A stretch of 64,000 nucleotides of DNA from Mobula hypostoma (taxonomy: Eukaryota), in the NCBI RefSeq assembly GCF_963921235.1, contig NC_086097.1, positions 130,946,001-131,010,000 on the forward strand, written 5' to 3'. A program made the translations under genes and the position numbers. Shown piece by piece: positions 14,101-26,106 of the stretch. The notes below the pieces were generated by a model. That model ran no database searches and was not told where the DNA came from. It saw only the letters and a list, made by a program, of their open reading frames with translations. Numbering within the stretch: the stretch's first letter is position 1; every line of letters starts with the position of its first letter.

Positions 14101-15544
14101 GGCATGGTTTATTTGGAAATAAATAAGTGCAATTCTGTATGAAAGCAAAGTACATGGAAGTTGTGTATTATTAGTCCAGGGAAGGAAATGGGAAGAGACA
14201 TGATTTTCATTGCATCAATGAAGCGGCTGCCAAATCAGACCAGCTCTCAAGTTCATTAAATTCTCATTAAGGCTACCCTAGGTAGTAGACTTAGGAAGCA
14301 GGAAAATTACTACACCAGTATATGCCAGGATTCTCTCCAAGTCAGTGCCAGTTGAAACAGGGAAAATAGAGGCACAAAAACCAAGCATAATTAAACAAAA
14401 TAGATTTTACGATATAACATTTCTTTAGAGTTTGTCAATTGCAATTTCAATCATAAGTCGAATATTGCCATATTGCAAAATATCACATGAACTTCATTTT
14501 TTTTGGTCTTTTCTTTGTATAACAATTGTCATTTAGACATACTGACCGAAAATGTTTAAATAGGATGGGAAATAAAAATAATACGCAGGTTAATATTGAC
14601 ACTCAATTCTGCTCTGATCACCATCTCATTGAAAAGCAATCCATCCCCAGTGCATATTCCCATCCTATCCCCTTCTCCATAGTTTTATTTTCCTTTTACA
14701 ATCCTGTGCAAGATCAAATACAGCTTATTAGTATCAGAATCTTAAACAGCATCAGCACAAGGATAAGAACATGCAAAAATGCAAGAGCACTGACAGTCAT
14801 GCACCAAAGAAAATACTTGGCTTAGCTGCAGTTATCTATTTTGAAGTCCATGTCCAAATTAATGAATTTATCAGTTTGTGAAAATAACACTTGAAGTTCA
14901 CTTTTAAGCGGTTATTGAGACAAAACCATTTCTTCCTCAAAACCAGATCTGAACTTTGAAAGGCTAGTGAGGTTCACAGCCTATCAAAATCAAATCTTAA
15001 GACGTACACCTGGCTAGAGATCACAGAGAAATCGAGCTAATTTCTTGCTCCAGAATTGGTAGATTGAGGTTAACTGCAATAAAGCAGTTAAGGTATAACT
15101 TGGTTTATTCAACACAAATCAGGCGCTAAACATAGCATCTTTTATTGTGCTCTGAATAAAATGTTGAACTGTTGGCACCCTTAATATAATATGATGGGCA
15201 TAGGATTTTTCTTTTAATATTCTTAGTGTCATTTGGTCAATACATTCAGTAGAGTTAACACTTTTTCCCCAAACACAGCAGCATTGCCACTCATGTGACC
15301 CCTGGAGTGAAACACCCTTTCAATTTTTTCCCCACCTGACTCAGCTACAACCTATCCTTTCTCCGCTCCCCACAACCCTCCCTTCCCAAACACACACCCA
15401 CCTTGCAGCAGAAGGACCCTAAACTGTGATTATTTCCCTATTTTACAACTACAATTACACTTCAATAACTCAAGAGAAGGCAAATGAGACTAGCTCAGAC
15501 AGACATCATGGACGAGCTGGGCTATGGGGCACTTTCCATGGCGA

Positions 15545-15630
15545 CACACACACAAAATGTTGGAGCAACCCAGTAAGTCAGGCAGGACCAATGGAGATAA
15601 ATAAACAGTCTTTGTTTTGGGCAAAGGCTG
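15545..15630 (-). mobile_element. Penelope-like terminal repeat remnant
   Basis: acacacaaaatgttggagcaacccagtaagtcaggcagg...aaacagtc belongs to the same family, more decayed. Confidence 0.6.
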
Positions 15631-17172
15631 TTTCCACACTATGATGATCGGTTATGGGCATTAAGGTAATGAAAAGCATTATATATAATGCAAATTTTCT
15701 TAAAATTAATTAGCTATATGTAGGTTAACTAATTAATCTAACTCAAATTATACTTAAGCTGTGAAGAAAATATATCCATAACTATACAAAACAAAACTGA
15801 CACAGGTACCATCAAAACAAACACCCCAATCTTTACTCTAGGAACCAATGAAGTTTGTGCCAAATGTGAGAGTTTGCAAAATTATCTTCACCATACTCAT
15901 CCTTTCATTTGATCTTTCCATCATTTTCCTGAAATTTTGCTAATAACGCGAGTCACAGTTGTGATGCAGATGCCAAAGCCTTTTGTTTTGGAGATCAGGT
16001 CATTAAAAACATACCGATCAAAATGCCTTCAAAATATATTCTGTATTTTAAATTTCAATGAAGTGAAATGCACTTAAATTCAAAATAAATGATTTTTCCT
16101 ACTTTTAAGATTCACAAGGCAGGAACCTAGTAGCACTGCTAGATAAAGACAGTCAAATAATCCTTAGTGAAGTCATGTGATCATTGCAATCACACTTGAG
16201 ACATGAAAATGCTGGTAAAATAAGCTGACCAATTTCAGATCTTCAAAACAAACTCTGGCTAAATCATGTAAATAAATTGCTCAGAATTCAAAATCAATAA
16301 TGGACTTGTTATACAAGGCCTTTGATGGTTTTGTTCAACTAATCAGCTTAGATATTAAAATGCAGCTGACTCAATATGAAATGTCATTCCTTACTGCCAG
16401 ATTTAAATATGCTCTATTTACTTGAACAGTACACAAAAAATATTACAGATTTCTCTTGCTGAATGTGGCAAATAAAACTCATTTGGACTGAGTATTTCAA
16501 AAGCAGAACACAGCGGCTGAACAGAACACATGCAGTAATTATTAACTAAACCCACATACAAATGCTGGCACTCTAATAGCCAGCAATTCCTTTCTCCACA
16601 TGGTAAGTTCAATATTTTAACTATTTTGCTAAAATTCAGAGATTTAAGGAGCCAGAATTTTAAATACCCTGGAGTAAAAGGTAGATGGCCACTAGTATAA
16701 AACTACAGAGGTCAATCTTTCCATTCCACAAACATCTGTTTTCTAATACTGAATTGCTGTTTATAACTGTGGGTTTGCTTGTGTTTCTCCACATTCCCAT
16801 TTCCCATGGATTCACAGATGGCTCAGAAAGCACTGAACTTGGACTTTCTTTAGGATCGTGTACAGACAGACCATTCAAGAACACAAAAAGGCTAGCAGGT
16901 GGCTGCAAATTACTTTTGAAAAGTAAAATAAGTACTTTTGAGCAGCAAACTGTGCCAGTTTTACTTTAAAAAGTTGGGGGATTGAAGAACAGTCATCTTA
17001 AAATAGTAACAGTAATCTTAAGAGTAAAATAATCAAAGTGCTTAGTCTCAAGGTAACAAAATATATCAAGAACATAAAGTACACCAATCAGCAACAAGAG
17101 TTAATTGATTTGACATTTCATAGTAATATTTTTTTAAAGCAGCACATACAGACTGAGATTAAGAAGCAGTAT

Positions 17173-17348
17173 TCACAAACTTCTGGAGGAACTCAGGCCA
17201 GGCAGCATCTAGGGAAAAGAATAAACAGTCAACGTTTCAGGCCAAGTTTTGGCACGAAGCACCAGTTTACTCTTTTCCTGGCCTGAGTTCCTCCGGCATT
17301 TTGTGCAGATTAGCTTGATTTCCAGCATCTGCGGATTTTCTCTTGTTT
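17173..17348. mobile_element. Older inverted Penelope terminal-repeat remnant
   Basis: ggaggaactcaggccagg is the reverse complement of cctggcctgagttcctcc. It ends in the tail atttccagcatctgcggattttctcttgttt. Confidence 0.75.
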
Positions 17349-17635
17349 GAAATTAAGAGGCATCAACTATTCCTGCAGGTTACAATCCAAAATCTACGGA
17401 GGCCCTGCACACACAAGCAGGTACAGTATCTGGCTGACCAACGGAATGGATTTGCCGGCTACTATAGCATCCTCTGCCGTGTGGACACTGCCAACAGCTG
17501 CACTTCTGACTTGCAAACTGTATGGGTTATAAACATGTAAACATGAGGAATTCTGCAGATGCTGGAAATTCAAGCAACACACATCAAAGTTGCTGGTGAA
17601 CGCAGCAGGCCAGGCAGCGCCTCTAGGAAGAGGTA

Positions 17636-17673
17636 CAATCGACGTTTCGGGCCGAGACCCTTCGTCAGGACTA
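17636..17673 (-). ncRNA. Minimal type I hammerhead ribozyme motif, sense to the ATP9B pre-mRNA
   Basis: Mirror copy of the motif above. The single difference (GACU to GAUU) converts a helix I G-C pair to G-U; the core is intact. Confidence 0.75.
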
Positions 17674-17753
17674 ACTGAAGGAAGAGCTAGTAAGAGATTT
17701 GAAATCTCTTACTAGCTCTTACTTTCAAATCTCTTACTAGCTCTTCCTTCAGT

Positions 17754-17791
17754 TAGTCCTGACGAAGGGTCTCGGCCCGAAACGTCGACTG
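17754..17791 (+). ncRNA. Minimal type I hammerhead ribozyme motif (Penelope-associated)
   Basis: UAGUC-CUGACGA-A-GGGU(CUCG)GCCC-GAAA-C-GUC^GACUG. Catalytic core intact, helix I AGUC/GACU, 4-bp helix II, palindromic ACGU in place of helix III. Activity is not shown. Confidence 0.8.
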
Positions 17792-17970
17792 TACCTCTTC
17801 CTAGAGGCGCTGCCTGGCCTGCTGCGTTCACCAGCAACTTTGATGTGTGTTGCTTGGGTTATAAACAGTTCACAGGAATGGAACTCTGTTGCAACTCAGG
17901 AGGGACCTGTATTACAAAAATACCAAGTTCCATAAAAATGTAAATACAAAATCAATTTATAAATTATCTA

Positions 17971-18643
17971 TAGGGTTTAGTACCCCATAACCAAAATGCC
18001 AGAAATGTTTCGGATTTTGGAATATGTAATGAGATAGCTTGGGATCGCCATCATTTCTGATTCTGAATTTATATGCTATCAGTAAGCAGTCTGTCTTACA
18101 TTTGTTTATCACACATGTACTGCTGCAGCTATTCATTGTGTTAGATTTTCATCAGCGATGATCTTGGCAAATTCAATGAATTTCTCTGCTGCTTTGTGGT
18201 CAGGAGATGCTTTATCACTACAAATTTTAAAAAATTTAATGATGTGTCTTTTCCTAAATTTCTGCAACCAGTCTGCTGAATATTCACAATTACCTTCAAT
18301 TTTCAGTTTGTGATAGATCTTTGCTTGCTTCATGATCAGCATACTGTTAAGTGGCATATGCTCATTCCGACACTGAATCCATTTTCAATACACACTCGAG
18401 ATCTTCATTTTTTGTTTTATACAGTGTATTTTTATTTTTCCTTTCTCATTAACTTTTGTTCATTACATCAGTGTGGTCACTTCTTAGAACTGTCTGTGGT
18501 GTGCAAAGACCTGCGCATTGCCTCAGAGTTTTCCCAGTGCTTTGTGGAATATTCCATCTGTGACGCCATGTCAGCACTCAAAAAAATTTAAAATTTTGGA
18601 GGCTTTTGCTTTTTGGAATTTCGGATAAGGAGTACTCAACCTG
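17971..18643 (-). mobile_element. Tigger4/Zombi-like (pogo) DNA transposon, internally deleted
   Basis: Right end ...ggataaggagtactcaacctg+TA and a degenerate left TIR after TA. ORF 18133-18357 encodes the CENP-B-type HTH segment MPLNSMLIMKQAKIYH.LKIEGNCEYS..WLQKFRKRH.IKF.KIC.DKAS.DH.AAEKF. Confidence 0.85.
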
Positions 18644-18764
18644 TAGTAAAAATTAATTTTTGAAAATTTAACACAATTTAGGATTTAGATTGGCAGATAC
18701 CAGAACATACTTGCTCTGTTTAAGTGTAATCAATAAGAATAGGCAGCAAAAACTCTGCCATGAT

Positions 18765-21700
18765 TATTTTCAACACAGGTGCCTCGCAAGGCCGCATCTT
18801 CAGCCCCCTACTCTACTCCCTAAACACTCTGATGTGAGACAAGATTCTACTTTAACTCCATCTAGAAGTCTGCAGATGACACCACCATTGTGGACCAACT
18901 GTCAAACAACAATGAGTCAGATGACTGGAAGGAGATAGAGAGCTTCTGATATAGTGTTCTGATTTATTGTTGCCGGAGATTTTAACCACGCGAACCTCAA
19001 GTTAGTGCCCCCCAAATTCCATCAGTATGTGGACTTTGCAACGAGAGGGGAGAATGCGTTGGCCCTTGTTTATACAAACATCCCTAACATGTACTGGGCA
19101 GAGCCCCACCCCCACCTCGGTTACACAGACCACATCTCTGTTATGCTAATCCCAGCATACAGACCGCTTGTCAGATGCTCCAGACCAGTTCTGAAGCAGG
19201 TGAAAACTTGGCCAGCAGGAGCCATCTCTGCTCTTCAAGACTGCTTTGAGCACAATGACTGGCACATGTTCAAGGAGGCTGCAACCGATGGCGACTATCA
19301 GCTCAGAGGAGTACACAGCATCAGTGACTAGCTACATCAGCAAGTGCATTGATGATGTCACTGTGTCCAAGATCACTACACGCTCTAATCAGAAGCCAAG
19401 GATGACCGCGGAGGTGCGTACGCTGCTGAGGGCCCGTGACTCTGCCTTCAAAGCAGGCGACAAGGCAGCCTTAACAACAGCGAGGGACAAGTTGTCCCGG
19501 GCCATCAGAGAGGCAAAGTGTGCACACGCCCAGCGAATCCATAGCCACTTCCAGGACAGCGGCGACACGCGGCGCATGTGGGAGGGCTTTCAGGACATCA
19601 CCAACTACAGGACAACATCACCCGCCTGGCTGGTGATGCCTCCCTCCCAGATGCTTTGAATAACTTCTACGCTCATTTTGAGGCGGAAAATGACGTGGCG
19701 CCATGGAAGACCACCCCTCCTCCAAATGACTAGGTGCTGCGTCTTACCCTGGCCGGTGTGAGGAAAGCTCTATGCAGGGCCAACCCACAGAAGGCTGCTG
19801 GACCAGACAATATTCCTGGCAGAGTGCTCAGAGGATGCGCAGACCAGCTGGCAGAAGTTCTCACTGTCATCTTCAACACCTCGTTCCAACGTGCTTCAAG
19901 GCCACCACCATCGTCCACATGCCAAAGAAGTCTTCAGTGTCCTGCCTCAATGACTACCGTCCCGTTGCACTCACATCCGTCATCGTGAAATGTTTCGAGA
20001 GGCTCGTCATGAGGCACGTAAAGACCCTGCTGTCCCCTCACTGGACCCCCTGCAGTTCGCTTATCATCCCAACCGCTCAACAGACAACACCATCGCCACC
20101 ACCCTCCACCTGGCCCTCACCCACCTGGACAAAAAAGACACATACGTTTGAATGCTGTTCATAGACCTCAGTTCAGCATTCAACACAATCATTCCTCAGC
20201 ACCTGATTGGAAAGCTGAAACTGCTGGGCCTGAACACCTCCCTCTGCAACTGGATCCTAGACTTCCTGACTGGGAAACCTCAGTCAGTCCGGATTGGGAG
20301 CAGAATCTCCAACACCATGACACTGAGCATGGGGGCCCCCAAGGGCTGTGTGCTCAGTCCACTGCTGTTCACGCTGCTGACCCATGACTGTGCAGCAATA
20401 CACAGGTTGAATCACATCATCAAGTTCGCCGATGACACGACCGTAGTGGGTCTCATCAGCAAGAACGACGTCAGCATACAGAGAGGAGGTGCAGCGGCTA
20501 ATGGACTGGTGCAGAGCCAACAACCTGTCTCTGAATGTGAATGAAACAAAAGAGATAGTTGTTGACTTCAGGAGAGCATGGAGCGACCACTCTCTGCTGA
20601 ACATTGATGGCTCCTCCATTGAGATCATTAAGAGCACCGAATTTCCTGGTGTTCACCTGGCAGAGAATCTCACCTGGTCCCTCAACACCAGCTCCATAGC
20701 CAAGAAAGCCCAGCAGCGTCTCTATTTTCTGCGAAGGATGAGAGAAGTCCATCTCCCACCCCCCATCCTCACCACATTCTACAGACAGCATCCTGAGCAG
20801 CTGCATCACTGCCTGGTTCGGGAATTGCACCGTCTCGGATCGCAAGACCCTTCAGCGGACAGTGAGGTCAGCTGAGAAGATCGTGGTCTCTCTTCCCGCT
20901 ATTACAGACATTTACACCACACGCTACACCCGCAAAGCTAACAGTATTGTGAAGGACCCCAAGCACTCCTCACACAAACTCATCTCCCTCCTGCCATATG
21001 GCAAAAGGTACCGAAGCATTCGGGCTCTCACGACCAGACTGTGCAACAGTTTCTTCCCCCAAACCATCAGACTCCTCAATAATCAGAGTCTAGACTGACA
21101 TCTACATCATTTGTTATTATATTGTAATTTGTCCTCTACTGTGCCTATTGTCTTGTTTATTAATTATTGTACTGCCCTGCACGGTTTTGTGCACTTTATG
21201 TAGTCCTGTGCAGGTCTGTAGTCTAGTGCAGTTTTTATGTTGTTTTACGTAGTCTAGTGTAGCCTTGTGCTGTCTCACATAGTCTAGTGTAGTTTTGTGT
21301 TGTTTCATGTAGCACCATGGTCCTGGAGGAATGTTGTTTCATTTCTACTGTGTATTGTACCAGCAGCTTATGGTCAAAATGACAATAAACTTGACTTGAC
21401 TTGAACAACACTTCCCTCAATGTTAGCAAAGCTTCACAAAAGCTTGGTGCACGCTTCTATTTGCATCAACATTGCAGAAGTGAAGAGTTGAAAGCTTCAA
21501 GGTCCTAGAAGTGAATACTAAAAAGCCTGTCGTGGTCTAACCACACAGACACAACAGCTAAGAAAGATCATCAGCACCTCTACTTCCTTAGGAGACTAAA
21601 CAGATCAGGCAATACTCTCTCAAGCTTCACCAATTTTTCATCAATGCAACGTTGAACACATTCTATTCAAATACTTCATGGCTTGCTATGGCAACTGCTC

Positions 21701-22160
21701 TACACATGATCATAAGAAATTGTAAAGAGTTGTGGATGCAGCTCAGCACATTACAGAAACCAGCCTCCTCTCTATGGACTTTGTCTACACTTCTCACTAC
21801 CTTGGTAAAGTGGCTAGCATGAATAAAGATGCCACCCCTCTGGACATCCTTCTCCTTACTCTCACTAGGCAGAAGATACAAAAGAAAGAATGAACATCTC
21901 GGCCCCTAGGCTTGAATATAGTTCTATCCCTCTGTGAAACGACTATTAAACGATTTCCCAGTATGACAACGTGGACTCAACCCCAATCTACCTCATTATG
22001 ACCTTGTATCTTACTGTCTAGCTGCACCATAACACTGTAACACTGTTCTGCATTCTTGTTTTAACTTGTACTATCAAAATGCACTATCATAATGTATTGA
22101 TCTGCATAAACAGTGTGCAAGTTTTTCACTATACCTCAGTATATGTAACAATAAAACAAA
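18765..22160 (+). mobile_element. Old Rex1/Babar-type LINE 3' part, split by a younger LINE at about 18960-21404
   Basis: NTGA.QG..FSPLLYSL and ADDTTIV motifs at 18770-18950 resume as acaacacttccctcaatgttagcaaa (N.SLNVSK) at about 21405. Confidence 0.7.
18960..21404 (+). mobile_element. Rex1/Babar-type LINE, 5'-truncated, frameshifted
   Basis: APE C-terminus ([14 protein letters not shown]); RT motifs [40 protein letters not shown]; 3' end AATAAA plus (CTTGA)n tail. Confidence 0.92.
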
Positions 22161-23034
22161 TTACCAATTTACTCAAAGCCAACATATTTAAGAAGAATTA
22201 GTTAAATGAAGCAATTAACTGAATTTTGCCTGCCAAATAAACCCAACTACTCCGAACTAATTGACATCATCCCAACTAATGTTAATTCCTTCAGAAATAT
22301 CACTGGAAAAGATGATCAGGTCATAATTGTGATGCCATTTCTGGTATATTGTATGCAAATACACAACAAATTTTCTATATCAAATGTTTCACTGGGTGTA
22401 AACAACTTTCATATAGCAAGTTTTAAGTGCTAAGAGATCAACAGCCAAGCCTCAGCTAGGCAGATTATAGTTAAAGATTAGAGTTTTAATAAGTACTTTG
22501 GAATGACCTGAACTGGTTGGTGAAAGGTCTGTTATAGAAATCTACATTGCTGCCTTTTAAAAACTTATATCAGATGGAATTTGTTCTCAAACAAATCGGA
22601 AAGAGATACAACTGAAGAGGATGCATTCTTTTCCATAACCTTACTATGACAGTATAATATTGTACATCTTTTGCACAAGTCTATAACTGCAAGTGGTCTG
22701 GGCCAATAGCCGTATTGGGATCATGTAAGATGGCAACTACATTGAAATCAGAGTCCACAGCATAAAATTAAGAGCATGGTTGCCCAACAACAGCCAATGT
22801 AAACATCGTATCAATTTCTCTAGATGCTGTCAAACATGATTAGCTTTCTGCAATGCTAGTATCAACAAAGTGGTCATCACAGCAAATCAAATGTTAAATT
22901 CACTTTATGAATGGTCATTAAATGATACTACCAAATGAATAACGTTTGACTAATGGATATATTGTTGAAACCTTCAGCTTTTTCCACAATGGATTTAAGA
23001 ATCTTAACTACAGCAAAAATTATCCTTCAGTTCT

Positions 23035-23325
23035 AACTTCAAAGTAAATTTATTATCAAAATACATATATGTCACCATATACAACCCTGAGATTCATTTT
23101 CTTGCAGGCATTCACAGTAAATACAAAGAAACACACCCAACAAGATAGGAAAACACCAAATATGCAAGAAAACTGCAAATATAAAAAGAGAAATAATAAA
23201 TAAATAAATAAATAAACAAGCAATAAATATCAAGAACAAGAGATGAAAAGTCCTTGAAAGTGAGCCCATAGGTTGTGGCAACAGTGCTGTGATTGGGTCA
23301 GTGAAGTTGAATGAAGTTACCAGCA
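23035..23325 (-). mobile_element. LINE-type 3' UTR fragment (Rex1-related)
   Basis: Reverse complement reads gaatctcagggttgtatatggtgacatatatgtattttgataataaatttactttgaa, the same terminus as at about 44085-44133 and 51780-51850. Confidence 0.65.
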
Positions 23326-24575
23326 AACTTTAAAACAATCATGCCAAAAACAACTCAAAGTCTCAAAAGCTTAATGAGAAAACTGAACTGCTGATAGTCG
23401 AAACACAAAAATAATTTTCATTTTTATGATATACATGCAAAATTTCACTTCACACAATTGTCAATTATCAATTGTCAAAAGTATTTAAAGCTTTTAATAG
23501 TTTGGAATCTTTCCCCAAACATTTTTGGTGATGATAACTCGTTACAAGTCCCCATCTTCTCCAGATTTTTAGCATAGTACTAAACAGCAGATAGTCAGAG
23601 CCTCGAGGTTTTCATCGAAATCAATCATTCTGCAAAATTTTTTGCTCCACAATTGGAAAAAGAACACATAATTTGGTGACGAAGCAAAGATGTATCTACT
23701 CAACATTGAGCAAGATGTTTCAGTCCTTTCTGCTCCTGCTCTACACAAGCTCATGTCTAGATCCACAAGGAATCAGTTGCAAAACAAATTCAGGCAAATT
23801 CATGCCCAAGAAGCTAAAGGACAACAGCTCAGCAGGAATTTTAAAGATTAAAGTACTGATTTATAAACAGAATATGGCGTTTTACCACTTTAGCCTTTTG
23901 GCTCTTAAATTTAAAAAGATTACCTCCAATATAGCTTCTGACTTTTTGTTCCATATATTTTGTAAGATACAGTAATTTTATGCCTTTGCATTGTATTGCT
24001 ACTGCAAAACAACAAATTTCACATTGTGTAAGATGGTGATAATAGCCCTGATTCTGATTCTAAGTACTTCAAACTTCAGTTAATGCAAATTCTCCTGGCA
24101 AACATCCTTATGAATTGTATATTCATCCAACTCAAATCTACCAACTATTTAATCACAGTAGGATGTCATAATGAAACATAAAAATGCTTGTAAAATTATA
24201 GAAGGAACTGTAAGTAATGCAATATTTTACAATCTGATCATAAAGATGGACTCAAGCATTTTTATTTCGATTTTTTAATATATTATATGCACTCTCACCA
24301 CACTTTCAGAAAGGGGAGAACAGAAAAAAAACTTAATATACCAAAAAATATTCAGTACTTCCAACAGCAGTCATTTACATATCAAAATAAAGGAGTTCAA
24401 GTTAACTCAGAATACTTGAGTAGTTAGTTTTAAATGTTAGTGGAGACATTTTCAATGAGGAATATGCAATAGCTATGTTGATATATCACCAATGCTTCAT
24501 GGCTTTGACCATTACTTGTGTAAACTGCAACTTCTTTAAAAATCTCATTACTAGAAAGCACAGAAAATTGCTTAC

Positions 24576-24627
24576 CACTTTTCTCTGATGTCCGTAAAAA
24601 TATCATGTCAGCAGGAATGCGCTGATT
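24576..24627 (-). CDS. ATP9B: ATP9B coding exon (52 bp; actuator domain)
   Basis: cag|AAT CAG...AGT G|gtaag. Translates NQRIPADMIFLRTSEKS(G), the IPAD motif that precedes the DGET exon of P4-ATPases. Confidence 0.96.
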
Positions 24628-26026
24628 CTGAAATGAAAGGTGATAATGGTAAATACATGAGTTCACATGTCTTCATTTCAAAATATCTAATGAAGATGTA
24701 ATTTAATATATCAGAATCTACATGACAGCTAAATGACTTTCATCAGCCCAACAGGCTGGCAGAAAAATTCTCCTACCTTACTTCTTCACATTCTAATATC
24801 CTTCTATTGTTCTTGTACTTCGAGCCAGTCATTAAATGGACTGACATTTCAACCATTCCAATGACTTCCACAATATCACCGTTTGTGAATATATTCTTGA
24901 ATTTGAATTGCTTATTTTATGGCACCTAGTTTTGAACTCCTCTACAATTAGAACAACATCTGACCTTTCAAACCAACATTTTATTGACATTTCACATTCT
25001 GTAATCTGTTCATTCTTTATGGCACCATAACTGATGACATCTTTAGGAAGTGTACCAACTTCTGCTCCTGACTGACAAGGTCAAGTAACTGGAGCTGGAT
25101 GTACTCAGGACCATCTCGGAGGCCAAAAACATCAGGTGAGATTTTTACTGAGGTGGTCACACCCAGGGTGCAGCCTTGAAATGATTAAAAGGGTGACCAG
25201 CAGGAGAAGGAAGGAGAATAAGCAGTTAGTGCAGGATTGCCTGTGGCCATTCCCCTCAGCAATCAGTATACCTCTTTGGATACTACGAGGGGGTGGGAAG
25301 GGATGATCTATCAGGGCAGCAGCAGCCATCATGCCAGTGGCACTGTGGACAGATTTGTGGCTCAGCAGGGGAGGGTAAAGTCAGGTAGCACGATAGAGAT
25401 AGGAGACTCAATAGTTACTGGATGAACAGGAGGTTCTGTGGCCACGAATAAGAAGCCAGGATGGTGCTTTGCCTCTCAGGTACTAGGATCAAGGATGGCT
25501 CAGAGAGGCTGCAGAGTTTTCTCAAGAGGGAGAATGAGCAGATGGCACCAACGACATAGGTAGAAAGGGAGCGGAGGTCCTGTGCAGTGAACATAGGGAG
25601 TTAGGAAAGAGGCTGAAGAGCAGGACCTTGAAGGTAGTAATCTCTGGATTACTCCCAGTGCCACATATTAGTCAGGGCAGAAATAGGTGATAGTGCAGAT
25701 GAATGAGTGGCTGAGGAACCGGTATGGGGGTGGAGTTTCAGGTTCTTAGGTAATTGGAATCTTTTCTGGGGCAGGGATGACCAGAACAAGAGGGGCAGGT
25801 TGCACCTAAACGGGAAGGGAACCAACATCCTGACCCGGAAGTTCACTGGTGCTACTCACAAGAGTTTAAACTAGTTTTGCAAAGGGAGTGGGAACCAGAG
25901 CACCAACTGAGGAAGTGGAGGGATGGAGAGGAAGGCAGATGTCAGAGCCAGTAAAAGTTGGCAAGAGCAAAGTAATATGATGGGATGGACAGTTTGAAGT
26001 GTGTGTATTTTAATGCTAGAAGTATT

Positions 26027-26106
26027 CTTCTTCTTCGGTTGTCCATCGAAATCCGATGACGGCGTCCACTCCTTTATCGGTGAAATCTTTGACGACTATA
26101 CAGTCA
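26027..26106 (-). mobile_element. 80-bp non-LTR retroelement 3' tip with (GAA)n tail
   Basis: Flanked by gctagaagtatt (26015-26026) and gctagaactatt (26107-26118); small stem-loop gtccatcgaaatccgatgac next to the tail. Confidence 0.7.

Larger units (their letters stand above)
17536..17854. mobile_element. Young truncated Penelope-like insertion with inverted pseudo-LTRs
   Basis: 134-bp inverted arms at 17571-17704 and 17723-17856 with one mismatch; about 35 bp of tail at 17536-17570; 13-bp direct repeat TGGGTTATAAACA at 17523-17535 and 17855-17867. The same terminus is attached to the GIY-YIG-coding element at 61345-63120. Confidence 0.85.

Noticed and set aside
21215..21310. About 30-bp periodic gtagtctagtg repeats resembling a CRISPR-like array
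   Set aside because: Degenerate tandem repeat in a LINE 3'UTR; no unique spacers, eukaryotic context.
1..24575. Next ATP9B exon (SCFIRTDQLDGETDWKL)
   Set aside because: Manual scan of candidate GAYTGG sites on the minus strand found no match. It is probably beyond the window start, but a tBLASTn search would settle it.
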